Assembly: GCA_035289005.1 (NCBI GenBank)
Contig: DATDYN010000059.1
Location: forward strand, 1 to 57,014
DNA from: Candidatus Nanoarchaeia archaeon
Lineage (GTDB): Archaea > Nanobdellota > Nanobdellia > Woesearchaeales > UBA12501
DNA length: 57,014 nt
Direction: 5' to 3'
Shown piece after piece: positions 1 to 8,743 of this stretch. The translations under genes were made by a program, and so were the position numbers. The notes under the pieces were generated by a model. That model did not search any database, had not been told where the DNA came from, and saw nothing but the letters and a program-made list of their open reading frames with translations. How positions within the stretch are numbered: the first letter of the stretch is position 1; each line of letters begins with the position of its first letter.

Positions 1-72
1 CTTCTTGAAGCTGCGAAAAGGCTTAAGAAAGAGATTGAGAAGTTCAGGAAGGATTTCGATAAGGAAGCCTGA
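1..72 (+). CDS. C-terminal end of an ORF starting upstream of the window; product unknown
   Basis: Frame 1 open from the window edge to TGA 70-72 (LLEAAKRLKKEIEKFRKDFDKEA*); only a charged helical tail is visible. Confidence 0.3.
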   Translation, partial: LLEAAKRLKKEIEKFRKDFDKEA

Positions 73-109
73 TAATCTCTTTAAGCGGCTGATTCTAAGA
101 GATTGCGCA

Positions 110-123
110 GCGATGTCCTGAAT
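110..123 (+). promoter_or_regulatory. Copy of the GCGATGTCCTGAAT motif upstream of the PRTase-prs promoter
   Basis: 14/14 identity to 30590-30603; ends 12 nt upstream of the TATA-like element 135-142. Confidence 0.6.
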
Positions 124-164
124 TCTACGCAAGATTTTTAACTTAATCTTCACTACCTGCTTCC

Positions 165-851
165 ATGCCCTTCACAGACAGAGGAGAGGCAGGCAAGCTG
201 CTGGCTGAGAAGCTCAAGCAGCACACAGGCAAGAAAGACAGAGTAATACTCGCAATCCCCAGAGGGGGTTTAGTGATAGGAAGAATTCTCGCGGACAGGC
301 TAAGACTGCCTTTAGGCATAATACTCACTAAAAAGATAGGCCATCCTTACAATCCTGAATACGCGATAGGGGCGGTGAGCATGTCAGGCAGGATGATCGA
401 TGAGCGCGCGATAGCCATCGAAGGGATACCTATGCAGTATATAAACGAAGAAAGCGAGCGCCTGCGGAAGAAGCTTAAAGAGAGATATGAAAGGTACAGC
501 GCAGGAATGCAGCCAACTGTCCTGAGAGACAAGATTGTGATAATCACTGATGACGGAATAGCTACTGGAAGCACTATCAGAGCGGCAATAAGTCTTGCGA
601 GGGAGGAAGGAGCTAAAGAGATTATAGTTGCCGTGCCTGTATGTCCTAAAGAGGTGATAGACAGCATCGCAAAGCTTGCTGATGAGGTGATCTGCCTTGA
701 GATTCCTGAATCATTCAGCGCCATAGGCCAATTCTATGAGAGCTTTGAGCAGGTCGAGGATGAAGAAGCCATCAGGCTGCTGCATGGTTCCGATAAGAAG
801 AATCATCAGAAAAAGATTTCCAGGAACAAGACAGGGAGAAGTGCGCGATGA
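165..851 (+). CDS. Stand-alone phosphoribosyltransferase-family protein (type I PRTase fold)
   Basis: 228-aa ORF; PRPP-binding loop KIVIITDDGIATGSTI; N-terminal FTDRGEAGKLLA motif typical of the predicted-phosphoribosyltransferase family; TATA-like element 135-142; ATGA start/stop overlap with prs. Confidence 0.85.
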   Translation: MPFTDRGEAGKLLAEKLKQHTGKKDRVILAIPRGGLVIGRILADRLRLPLGIILTKKIGHPYNPEYAIGAVSMSGRMIDERAIAIEGIPMQYINEESERLRKKLKERYERYSAGMQPTVLRDKIVIITDDGIATGSTIRAAISLAREEGAKEIIVAVPVCPKEVIDSIAKLADEVICLEIPESFSAIGQFYESFEQVEDEEAIRLLHGSDKKNHQKKISRNKTGRSAR

Positions 852-1705
852 AGATATTCGTCCTTAACTCAGCCAGGCACCTGCTGAAAGGCACGGGCAG
901 GCTGCAGTCCTCAAGATTCAGTGATGGCGAGATTTATGTGAGGATAATCGATGATGTCAAAGATGAGAGAATCATTCTTCTAGCGAATACAAATCCTCCT
1001 GCGGAGAATCTTCTTGAGTTGATCCTCGCTCTCGACGCTCTGCGAAGACAGAACGCAAAAGTGCATCTGATAATTCCGTATATAAGTTACGCAAGACAGG
1101 ATCGCGCAAGCATTGAAGGGGAAGCGGTAAGCGCTGAAGCTATGAGCAGGATGCTACGCCAATATAATCCTGCGAGCATAACTGTAATAGACGCGCACAG
1201 CGGCAGGCTGAAGAAATTCCTTGATTTCAACGATGTCAGCGCGCTCAGGCTGCTGCTCTCCAGACTGAGAGTCTCAGAACGCAAGAACATGGTGATAGCC
1301 GCTCCAGATAAAGGGGCTGTTGAGAGAGCGAAAAAAGCGAGCGAAATGCTTAAATGCAGCGTTGTGCTACTGGAGAAGCACAGGCCAGGCCATGATCTCG
1401 CGAAAATCAGAGCTGCGCACGGAGATGTGAAGAGAAAGAATGTGCTGATAATTGATGATATGATAGATACTGGAGGCACGGTCATTGCCGCGGCAGAATT
1501 CCTCAAGAAAGCCGGAGCCAGAGACATAATCGTCGCTGCGACACATGCTGTGCTCTCGGGGGATGCAGTAAAGCGCTTGGACGCTTCCAAGATAAAGAAA
1601 GTCCTTGTCACAGATTCGTTAAAATGCAATCCCGGAAGAAGATTCAGGATAGTGAAGCTTGACAAGAGCATCAGAGAGATAATCGGGGGTATCAACGGCA
1701 GATAA
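848..1705 (+). CDS. prs: Ribose-phosphate pyrophosphokinase (PRPP synthetase)
   Basis: 285-aa ORF; IPYISYARQDR motif in the N-terminal half and PRPP loop KNVLIIDDMIDTGGT in the C-terminal half. Confidence 0.93.
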   Translation: MKIFVLNSARHLLKGTGRLQSSRFSDGEIYVRIIDDVKDERIILLANTNPPAENLLELILALDALRRQNAKVHLIIPYISYARQDRASIEGEAVSAEAMSRMLRQYNPASITVIDAHSGRLKKFLDFNDVSALRLLLSRLRVSERKNMVIAAPDKGAVERAKKASEMLKCSVVLLEKHRPGHDLAKIRAAHGDVKRKNVLIIDDMIDTGGTVIAAAEFLKKAGARDIIVAATHAVLSGDAVKRLDASKIKKVLVTDSLKCNPGRRFRIVKLDKSIREIIGGINGR

Positions 1706-1844
1706 AACGTCTGTAGAGACTAGACATGATCATGGGTAAATATATATATCTTCGTAAGTGCCCGTCTTTACCTGAATAGCAAAAGACATATCGACTTACG
1801 ATTATTAGTGCCCTTGGCTATAGTTCTCGCATTGTCAGAACTAT

Positions 1845-2489
1845 TCACTTGCAGCTGTTGGATATGAATATCACGATAGCCCTGTCCTGGCAATAAGTCG
1901 AGCCCTGCACTGGAGAGATCTCAATCCTTGACAGGTTAGGGGACACTGGCGCAGGGATTATGAGCTGGTACTCGCTGCCTTTGTAGAACTTCATAAGGAC
2001 GTCCATCTTCTGCAGCAATTCCTTTCGCTTATCGCCTAACTCGACATAAATCCCTGAAAGGTTCTCAAACCCACTGTTGATCACAGAGAGGTTTATGCTG
2101 CCGTCTTCCATGACGAAACAGAAAGGAGGATGCGTCCCTATAGCGACTTCAGTGCCGCAATCGGCTGAAGTCAGTGATGAAGAGCCTGTATTCACCACAG
2201 GCTGCTGCGCAGGGGGTGTTTCTTCAGCAGGAGGTTCTGAAACATCAGGGGCAGAAGTATCATCCGCGACGGTTGAATTGGCGGCAGGTTCAGGCGGAAA
2301 GATATCATCAACTGTTGCTTCTGGCGTGACAGTATCATTCTTTGTCTCTTCCGGCTTGACAGAATCATTCTTTACGGCTTCAGGCTTGACGGAAGATTCA
2401 TTCACAGGCTGCTTCTTTGAGAGTAAAGAGCAACCAGAAATTAGAATTATGATTATGCAAAGAACCGCAGACAAAACGCGCTTATCCAT
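1845..2489 (-). CDS. Secreted lipoprotein-like protein with repeat linker and C-terminal Cys-framed beta-domain
   Basis: 214-aa ORF; MDKRVLSAVLCIIIILISGC signal peptide ending in a lipobox-like LISGC; 10-aa repeats VKPEAVKNDS/VKPEETKNDT/VTPEATVDDI; two Cys pairs frame the C-terminal domain; GAGGT SD upstream. Confidence 0.7.
   Translation of the reverse strand: MDKRVLSAVLCIIIILISGCSLLSKKQPVNESSVKPEAVKNDSVKPEETKNDTVTPEATVDDIFPPEPAANSTVADDTSAPDVSEPPAEETPPAQQPVVNTGSSSLTSADCGTEVAIGTHPPFCFVMEDGSINLSVINSGFENLSGIYVELGDKRKELLQKMDVLMKFYKGSEYQLIIPAPVSPNLSRIEISPVQGSTYCQDRAIVIFISNSCK
2323..2412. repeat. Three imperfect 30-nt tandem repeats inside the 1845..2489 CDS
   Basis: ggcgtgacagtatcattctttg / ggcttgacagaatcattctttac / ggcttgacggaagattcattcac starting at 2323, 2353 and 2383; encode the 10-aa linker repeats. 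Confidence 0.8.
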
Positions 2490-2580
2490 GATGAACCTCT
2501 TTTAGCTATGAATTAGAGTTGACGAACTGCGGTTTTTAAATATTACTATAATAATATATTTACATCCTCAGGAAAATAAA

Positions 2581-2664
2581 CGCCACGGCTCGGATTTGAA
2601 CCGAGACATCCCGAAGGAAACCGGTTTTCGAGACCGGCGCAATACCGGATTATGCGACCGTGGC
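2581..2664 (-). tRNA. tRNA-Ser (anticodon CGA)
   Basis: 84-nt cloverleaf on the minus strand: acceptor GCCACGG/CCGUGGC, anticodon stem CCGGU/ACCGG with loop CUCGAAA, 15-nt variable arm with UUCG loop, T arm CUCGG-UUCAAAU-CCGAG, discriminator G; no encoded CCA, no intron. Confidence 0.93.
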
Positions 2665-2716
2665 AAGTGTGATAGTGAGTTTTGATTAATATTGTGTTGA
2701 GTTATCGTTAGTGATT

Positions 2717-2742
2717 GCAGGGTCAGTCGCAACTGATCCTGC
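2717..2742 (+). other. Stable 11-bp hairpin in the unassigned region next to tRNA-Ser
   Basis: gcagggtcagt-cgca-actgatcctgc; contains one G-T pair when read on the plus strand (A-C mismatch on the minus strand), which weakly favours a plus-strand RNA. Confidence 0.4.
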
Positions 2743-2979
2743 TACGGGTACCTAATTCATATTTAATGTGCAATTTTGCAGCTTTATTCGGGAGATTCCG
2801 AGCATAGCGAGGACATCTCCCTAACGGCGAGATCGAGGAACAAGACCCTCGCTAGGGTGGCATCCCTGAGCCGGAATAGCGAATATGGCTTTAAGAAGAA
2901 AAAATAGGAAAAGGGATATAAAAAGGTTGTGAGAACTTAACTAAAATCTGTAAGAATTCTGAGAAAGAATGACTAGTTA

Positions 2980-3339
2980 TTAACTCTCCTCTTCAAAGCG
3001 CCTATTGAGCCTTCTTTCAATCTTCTCACGCATTGCTGCTTCAAGATAAGGATCGCGAATAATATCTATGTAGCTTTTACCTTTAAAATCAGGTTCGCGA
3101 CGTAGTTTTATGACTTTAGCATCTGAAACTTTAGAAGTAAGACCAGTGGATACTGTAAATATTATTTTATTCTTTTGTCTTCCTGAACTATCTCTATAGG
3201 TCACACGATCAGCCCAGACATCTTCTGATTCTGAAGAAACAGAGTGCGCAGAATATATCGATCGGATTTCTTTTTTTAGATAATTAGTGGCATGAGTAAT
3301 GTGTCTTAGAACGCTATTGACGACATCATCTATCCCCAT
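2980..3339 (-). CDS. Hypothetical protein (119 aa)
   Basis: ORF preceded by GGAGG 5 nt upstream of ATG; starts 15 nt after the stop of the upstream coiled-coil gene, so probably co-transcribed; no family recognised. Confidence 0.6.
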   Translation of the reverse strand: MGIDDVVNSVLRHITHATNYLKKEIRSIYSAHSVSSESEDVWADRVTYRDSSGRQKNKIIFTVSTGLTSKVSDAKVIKLRREPDFKGKSYIDIIRDPYLEAAMREKIERRLNRRFEEES

Positions 3340-3353
3340 TGCATCCTCCTTAT

Positions 3354-4712
3354 TTACCCTTCGCGTATGACTGCTGTCACTCTGAGCACAAGCCCTGCTG
3401 CGAAAGAGCCGACTGCGGCGTATACAAAATATCTCATGATATCCGCGCGCTCCAGATACCAGGCGCCGAAACCGCAGGCTATGAGCGCGAAAGAGAGCGC
3501 TAGGAAAAGACTAGCTATATGATACATCGATATCCCCGAGAATGCTCTCCTGATGAATCCAGGACCTTTAGGCCTGACATCAAGAGCTATTGTCTTGCCT
3601 TTGATCTCTTTCTTTGAGTTTGTGAGATTGATATTCAGCGCGGCCATCTGATTGCGCAGCTTATCAACTCTTCCGCCGAGTTCATACAATGATTTCTCCG
3701 CTGCTGTGCGCAAAGCGCGCTCTCTTGATACCTGCGAAGTCAGGCTCTCAACTTCGTTCTGAAGGTTCTCAATCTTTGAATTGGTCTCTGACATAGATTT
3801 CTCGTAGCTGCTTCGCGCTATTTTCTCCTTGGTGAGCTGCTTGATATCTCTCTCAAGAAGCTGCACATTCTCAATGTCTTCTTTGACAGTGTCAAATTCT
3901 TTATTGACATCTGCGATCATGCGGTTTATCTGCTGCTTTGTGACAAGACCTGAACTTGCAGTCCTGCAATCCTCGATCTTCGCGTCAATGCCTATTATCC
4001 TGCTGCTGACTGAAGTCTTGAAATTCTTCATGACTTCCCTGACATGTTCAAGAAGATCAGTATTGCGCTGACCGCTCTGCTCGGCAAGCTCCAGCGCTTT
4101 TGCCTGAACCATCACATTGGCTGCCTCGAGCTTATTATCAATCTCAGCCCTGAACTTGCTGATCGCGCCAGAAGTTATCTCTCCCCCTTCTTTTTCGAAT
4201 TCTGAAAGCTTGCGCAGCATCTGATTGAGCTCGGCGCTGACTTCCTTGGAGAATTTGGTTATGACTGCCTGAGTGACCGCTGTCTTGCCAGACGATTTCA
4301 GCTGCTCGACTTCCTCTTTAAGATCGTCTATCTCCCCAAGAACTGCTGATTTGCGCGAGGATGTCTTCTCCAATCCTTCAACGCGGGAGACAATCTCTTC
4401 AGAAAGCTCATTCAATGACTTCTCGATACGATCAAGGCGCTTGAGCTCCTCATTCATGTCTCCGATCTTTATCTTCAATGAATTGAGCTTTTCTACACCG
4501 ACATAATCCTTTCTTGTGTCTTCAAGCTCTTTGTGAAGCACTTTGACAGCATTGACCTGGAACATGATATCATTGCGGACCTCTTCAAGATCTTCGCGTA
4601 TGCCTGAGAAGGATAATCTTAAAGCTGCGTCAAGCTCATTCAGATTGCTGAATGCGCCTGACTGTGCATCTTCTGAAGAATGCTTTGGCTGTAAGTTGCG
4701 TCTGACCCCCAT
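3354..4712 (-). CDS. Coiled-coil protein with C-terminal membrane anchor (two hydrophobic helices)
   Basis: 452-aa ORF; about 380 aa of E/K/L/N-rich heptad-like sequence, then ISMYHIASLFLALSFALIACGFGAWY and YFVYAAVGSFAAGLVLRVTAVI; TATA box 4733-4744 about 25 nt from the ATG. Confidence 0.75.
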   Translation of the reverse strand: MGVRRNLQPKHSSEDAQSGAFSNLNELDAALRLSFSGIREDLEEVRNDIMFQVNAVKVLHKELEDTRKDYVGVEKLNSLKIKIGDMNEELKRLDRIEKSLNELSEEIVSRVEGLEKTSSRKSAVLGEIDDLKEEVEQLKSSGKTAVTQAVITKFSKEVSAELNQMLRKLSEFEKEGGEITSGAISKFRAEIDNKLEAANVMVQAKALELAEQSGQRNTDLLEHVREVMKNFKTSVSSRIIGIDAKIEDCRTASSGLVTKQQINRMIADVNKEFDTVKEDIENVQLLERDIKQLTKEKIARSSYEKSMSETNSKIENLQNEVESLTSQVSRERALRTAAEKSLYELGGRVDKLRNQMAALNINLTNSKKEIKGKTIALDVRPKGPGFIRRAFSGISMYHIASLFLALSFALIACGFGAWYLERADIMRYFVYAAVGSFAAGLVLRVTAVIREG

Positions 4713-4732
4713 GCGACAGAAAAAACGGAAAT

Positions 4733-4744
4733 GATATATAAATG
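4733..4744 (-). promoter_or_regulatory. TATA box for 3354..4712
   Basis: CATTTATATATC on the minus strand, centred about 25 nt upstream of the ATG at 4712 (leaderless-type spacing). Confidence 0.5.
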
Positions 4745-4859
4745 TTTGCGTTGGGTCAGCACTGAAGAGTAACTATATAGGGGTAAATATTATTAGCAAG
4801 AATGATTGCGCACCAGAACCCTGCAAAGAGGAAACTTCCATTCTCAAAGGGATTCTTCC

Positions 4860-5282
4860 TTAAGGAATGTTCTTCTTTACAGACTTGGATTTATGCACAA
4901 ACCGCATGAACTTCTTGCATTCAAGGCAATAATAAGATATATGCTTCACGCCTATCCTCACCCGGCAATTCGCTCCAGGGCGAAGGAATGAGTGACAGTG
5001 CTTGCAGTACTTGCGCCTGATCCCTGAAGGAAGGCGCAACCTGTATTTCATAGCTATACGCCTGGCCATTCCGACATATCTATCCGCAAATCTCTTGTCG
5101 CTGCTGAACACAGACTCAGCCTGACGCATTATCCCTGCGACCATCTCATGCGCGAGGATGACCTGCGCTGAAGGCTTTCGCTGGTAAGTGTTCTTCTTTC
5201 TAGACTGTTGAGGAGTTTTTACTGAAAGGCGCATGACGTCTCCACTAGCAACAGATGTGACTTGCTGAGAGGGTGATGCCAT
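4860..5282 (-). CDS. rnp4: RNase P protein component 4 (Rpr2/RPP21 family)
   Basis: 140-aa ORF; helix RFADRYVGMARRIAMKYRLRLP followed by zinc ribbon CKHC...CLEC (CKHCHSFLRPGANCRVRIGVKHISYYCLECKKFMRF), the Rpr2 layout. Confidence 0.8.
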   Translation of the reverse strand: MASPSQQVTSVASGDVMRLSVKTPQQSRKKNTYQRKPSAQVILAHEMVAGIMRQAESVFSSDKRFADRYVGMARRIAMKYRLRLPSGIRRKYCKHCHSFLRPGANCRVRIGVKHISYYCLECKKFMRFVHKSKSVKKNIP

Positions 5283-5303
5283 AGACTTCCAGAATCGATA
5301 AGA

Positions 5304-5316
5304 GTATAAATATTTT
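5304..5316 (-). promoter_or_regulatory. TATA box for rnp4
   Basis: AAAATATTTATAC on the minus strand, centred about 25 nt upstream of the ATG at 5282. Confidence 0.5.
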
Positions 5317-5355
5317 GCCGGTGAATACGCAATTCTAAAAAGCTTTCAGAAACAA

Positions 5356-6051
5356 CTATCTCGCTGCCAGATTATTGCAACTCTGGCTTGGAACAAGCAG
5401 CAGCGCGCAGTTCGGGCAGGCCTTATTGCCCTGCCGCGTGTATATCTCAGGGATGATTATTATCCTGTCAGCAGAACCGTACTTCTTTGCCCATCTAGGC
5501 ACTGGAAGGATGAATTCCCCGTACTGCAGGAATCTCAATGATTGGCTTATAGACTCATAATGGGCTTTGCCATCAATCTCTATGTTGAACCATAGACCTG
5601 TGATCTCTGTCTGGCCCTGATTCTTGAGTGTGACTACCGCATTGCCAGAAGTAAGATTATAGCAGGAATGATACCCTAGGATAATCTGAGTATCGTCGCA
5701 TCTCATCGCGTTAAGCTGGTTGCGCTCCTGAGACTCTATAGGTGTGTGCTCCTCAGTCCCGTAATACACCTTAGCGCCTGTTGAGGAAGTCTTTACTCCA
5801 GGTATCACAGAAGAGTTAGGAGCGGCTTTCTGGCCAGAAATGTTTTTAGGAATAGTGACCGTGCTGTCCTTCACTAAGGTTGAGGAATTGACCTCAGGGA
5901 TACTTGCAGCAGGTTTAGAAGGCTGCTGCGCCGCTGAAGGGGCTGGAGAGGCATAGATTGACTTGCCAGTGATATATTTGACCTGTGTCTCATTAGTTCC
6001 GCAGGAAGCGACAAGCATAAGAACCGCGATGATAAGCACGATATATCTCAT
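5356..6051 (-). CDS. Secreted lipoprotein-like protein, paralogue of 1845..2489 and 6229..6864
   Basis: 231-aa ORF; MRYIVLIIAVLMLVASC lipobox-like signal; Pro/Ser/Ala-rich linker; C-terminal domain with Cys pairs and the strand motif AVVTLKNQGQTEITGLWF. Confidence 0.7.
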   Translation of the reverse strand: MRYIVLIIAVLMLVASCGTNETQVKYITGKSIYASPAPSAAQQPSKPAASIPEVNSSTLVKDSTVTIPKNISGQKAAPNSSVIPGVKTSSTGAKVYYGTEEHTPIESQERNQLNAMRCDDTQIILGYHSCYNLTSGNAVVTLKNQGQTEITGLWFNIEIDGKAHYESISQSLRFLQYGEFILPVPRWAKKYGSADRIIIIPEIYTRQGNKACPNCALLLVPSQSCNNLAAR

Positions 6052-6228
6052 TCCACACCCAATAGTTTATCAGTCTTTATTGCCTGTCCTTTGCAGAAAC
6101 AGGGAAATAAGCAGATTTCTGCAATCCATCCCCCTTTTATTCAAGATTATATCAAAGACAGGATTATAACACTTCAGAACCCCTTTTTGAAGATACTAAA
6201 AAGAATAAAAAAATAAAGAGTTAAATTC

Positions 6229-6864
6229 TCACTTGCACAGCTTCATAGGCTGGAATGCGCGCTGATTGAGGCATTCTTTGAGAGCGCCTGTCTCAGAGTA
6301 TATTCCGATCTTTCGTTCGTTCTCAACGACTTTTCCTATAGCTCTGAGCTCAACGCTCGCAGCGTCTGTTGCTGTGAAATCGACATTGTACATCTGTTCG
6401 ACACCGACAAGCCTTTCATCGACCTTTGTGGCTCCTTCCATAGGAGTTGACAGTGTGCCTTCGCTCAAGACATTCTTGTCGATATCAAGCACATAGTATT
6501 TCAGGCCTTCGATTTTTGCTGCGCCGTAATGAGTGACGAGCACTTTTATTCCTGTAGCGGTCTTCTCACAGAATTCAGGCTTTGCGCCGATCGCTAAAGG
6601 CGCTTCACAGTAATTCTGGACTTCCAATTTAGAAGGAATTGCAGGCGCTACTGGAGGCTGTTCTGTAGGAGTTGTTGGCGGAGTGACTACCGGCTGTTCC
6701 GGGACTCCCTGCCTACCAGATCTCACTAACAGAATAAGTATGATAACCAATGCTACCGCACCGACTATCCACCATACCGTTGAACTTTTCTTCTGCGGAG
6801 CTGCTACAGCTTTCGCGTGCGCTCCCTTTTTAGCATGTCCTTTCTTTGCCATGTGTTTCCACAC
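6229..6864 (-). CDS. Membrane-anchored surface protein, paralogue of 1845..2489 and 5356..6051
   Basis: 211-aa ORF; basic N-terminus, single TM helix WWIVGAVALVIILILLV, Pro/Thr-rich linker, C-terminal Cys-framed domain (YCEAPLAIGAKPEFC ... ECLNQRAFQPMKLC); start could be 6852. Confidence 0.7.
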   Translation of the reverse strand: MWKHMAKKGHAKKGAHAKAVAAPQKKSSTVWWIVGAVALVIILILLVRSGRQGVPEQPVVTPPTTPTEQPPVAPAIPSKLEVQNYCEAPLAIGAKPEFCEKTATGIKVLVTHYGAAKIEGLKYYVLDIDKNVLSEGTLSTPMEGATKVDERLVGVEQMYNVDFTATDAASVELRAIGKVVENERKIGIYSETGALKECLNQRAFQPMKLCK

Positions 6865-7052
6865 CCCGCTTTGTTCATATTACCTAAGGAATGCGTACCA
6901 GTTAAGATACCCCCCTTTGGAGTTAGAGCGATAACAATCCGGTGGTATTTAAATGTTTCTGTCAAAAACAGTCATTAATTGGTTGTTACACTATAGGCGA
7001 TGCCCTGGATCTTTTATTGCTTGATGAGAATGTGATAATCTGCAAACGCGCT

Positions 7053-7952
7053 TCAGAACTCCCTTATGGTCCTGAACTCATGGAATCTCCGCTCAAGCTC
7101 TTCAGGAGTGAGAGAGGAAAGCCGCTGCAATGAGAACCCTTCAGCATTGAATGATGCGATCGCGCTGCCGTAGATTATCGCTTTGCGGATATTGTTCTCA
7201 GAAGTGTCTTTAGTCCTGGCGATATGGCCTATGAGGCTTCCGCCGAAAGTATCGCCGCAGCCTGTAGGGTCTTTGATGACCTCTAAAGGATATCCAGGAG
7301 CGTTGAAATGCTTGCCGTCAGAGAACAATAAGGCGCCGTGCTCCCCTTTCTTGATGATGACATACTGGGGGCCAAGAGCAAGGGCCTGCTTCGCTGCATG
7401 CACCAGATTGACAGTGCCAAAGAGCTGTCTCGCTTCGCCGTCATTCAATAACAGCAGGTCGACATTCTTTATCACTTCCAGAAGCTTCTCTTTCTTGCTG
7501 CTTATCCAATAATTCATGGTATCAAGGACTGTGAATTTCCTGCTCTTCATCTGCTGAAGGATTGCCAATTGGATGTCAGGATCGACATTCGCGAGGAATA
7601 AGTAAGGGATGTCCTTGAACTCTTCAGGAAGCGATGGCTTGAAATCAAGCAATGAATTGAGCTCGGTCTTCAGGGTTTTAGCCTCATTCATGTCAAACTC
7701 GTACATCCCTTCCCACCTGAAAGTCTTGCCAGTACGCTGCAGGCCTGAGAGATTGATGCCGCGCATTATCAGCATCGCCTCATGATGCTTGGGGAAGTCA
7801 GTGCCTACAATGCTGACAAGCGCTGGCTTGCTGAAGAATGACGCAGCGAAAGAGGCGTAAGTGCCGCTGCCCCCGAGAACTTCCTCTACTTTGCCGAACG
7901 GCGTCTCTATAGTATCAAGGCCTATTGTGCCTATTATCAGTGTATCAGTCAT
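7053..7952 (-). CDS. PfkB-family carbohydrate/nucleoside kinase (ribokinase superfamily)
   Basis: 299-aa ORF; N-terminal GG motif VLGGSGTYAS and C-terminal PfkB signature DPTGCGDTFGGSLIG; substrate not assignable from sequence alone. Confidence 0.88.
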   Translation of the reverse strand: MTDTLIIGTIGLDTIETPFGKVEEVLGGSGTYASFAASFFSKPALVSIVGTDFPKHHEAMLIMRGINLSGLQRTGKTFRWEGMYEFDMNEAKTLKTELNSLLDFKPSLPEEFKDIPYLFLANVDPDIQLAILQQMKSRKFTVLDTMNYWISSKKEKLLEVIKNVDLLLLNDGEARQLFGTVNLVHAAKQALALGPQYVIIKKGEHGALLFSDGKHFNAPGYPLEVIKDPTGCGDTFGGSLIGHIARTKDTSENNIRKAIIYGSAIASFNAEGFSLQRLSSLTPEELERRFHEFRTIREF

Positions 7953-7971
7953 AAAGGGAGGAAACTATGAA

Positions 7972-7984
7972 GGTTATTTAAAGG
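7972..7984 (-). promoter_or_regulatory. TATA box for the PfkB kinase gene
   Basis: CCTTTAAATAACC on the minus strand, centred about 25 nt upstream of the ATG at 7952; no SD in between. Confidence 0.5.
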
Positions 7985-8044
7985 TAGCGGGGGAATTGTT
8001 GGAGAAAGATTTTATCTGCGCCTAAAACAATAACTTTAAACATC

Positions 8045-8284
8045 ATGATGATTTACCTAGTTGTTATGACAAAAACTGGGAGGATGAGTAAAAGGCTTTT
8101 TATGGTATTGAAACGACGCAAGCTCTGTGATAACAAGAGATATACAGAAATCATCCTAGACTTGGTAGAAGCTTCTCAGGAAGTCAATAAGAAGACAAAG
8201 ATGGAGATTGAACAAGCACGCGCGGATATCAAGGCAGGAAGATATTTCAACCATGGACAAGTCAAGAAGAGGCTTAGTATATAA
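8045..8284 (+). CDS. Small protein with antitoxin-like C-terminal motif; start uncertain
   Basis: 79-aa ORF; the C-terminus EIEQARADIKAGRYFNHGQVKKRLSI resembles tails of some type II antitoxins as I remember them; no partner toxin ORF adjacent. Confidence 0.3.
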   Translation: MMIYLVVMTKTGRMSKRLFMVLKRRKLCDNKRYTEIILDLVEASQEVNKKTKMEIEQARADIKAGRYFNHGQVKKRLSI

Positions 8285-8343
8285 TGATGTCGGCTTCACA
8301 TTTTATGCTTAAATAGAGATAGTTCAAGAATGTATCTATCAGT

Positions 8344-8718
8344 CTAAATAAGATAGGGTAATACCTCGACAAACCATAAAGATAAAATGAATACTATTAG
8401 AAAGATTGCCAGAAGATAATAAGATAATTTAGTTTTCCCAAGATATAACAATTCATCTTGAGAATGATACCTATAGATCATATGGACGCTAAAAAGAGGG
8501 ATTTTAATGCTATAGTTGTAACAATAAATGATACAGAATATAAAATAGCTAATCCCAATCGCACATAGCAAGCTCAATAATATTCCACCACTTAAATACG
8601 CCCACCCATCTTGATACATAAAAACAAACAAAGAAGCAATCATTAATAAGACAACTACGACTCCCGCCATAAAATGATAAAAAAAGACTTTTTTAACATT
8701 TGATAGCAAATCTTCCAT
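8344..8718 (-). CDS. Small polytopic membrane protein (124 aa), F/Y/I/L-rich
   Basis: ORF with 3-4 hydrophobic helices in a visibly A/T-rich stretch; lies 25 nt downstream of the 1240-aa gene on the same strand. Confidence 0.5.
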   Translation of the reverse strand: MEDLLSNVKKVFFYHFMAGVVVVLLMIASLFVFMYQDGWAYLSGGILLSLLCAIGISYFIFCIIYCYNYSIKIPLFSVHMIYRYHSQDELLYLGKTKLSYYLLAIFLIVFILSLWFVEVLPYLI

Positions 8719-8743
8719 CTTTTTTCACCCTAAGATAAATTTA

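Noticed and set aside
1087-1695. 202-aa minus-strand ORF opposite prs; likewise 12738..13292 opposite sufC, 49969..50532 opposite the second platform gene, 46731..47291 opposite the ATPase, and 30068..30553 opposite the HIT gene
   Set aside because: Each overlaps a gene with diagnostic motifs on the other strand and lacks its own expression signals.
2581-2979. Integrated mobile element at tRNA-Ser
   Set aside because: No integrase, transposase or direct repeat of the tRNA 3' end was seen nearby. The flanking genes look like ordinary chromosomal genes.
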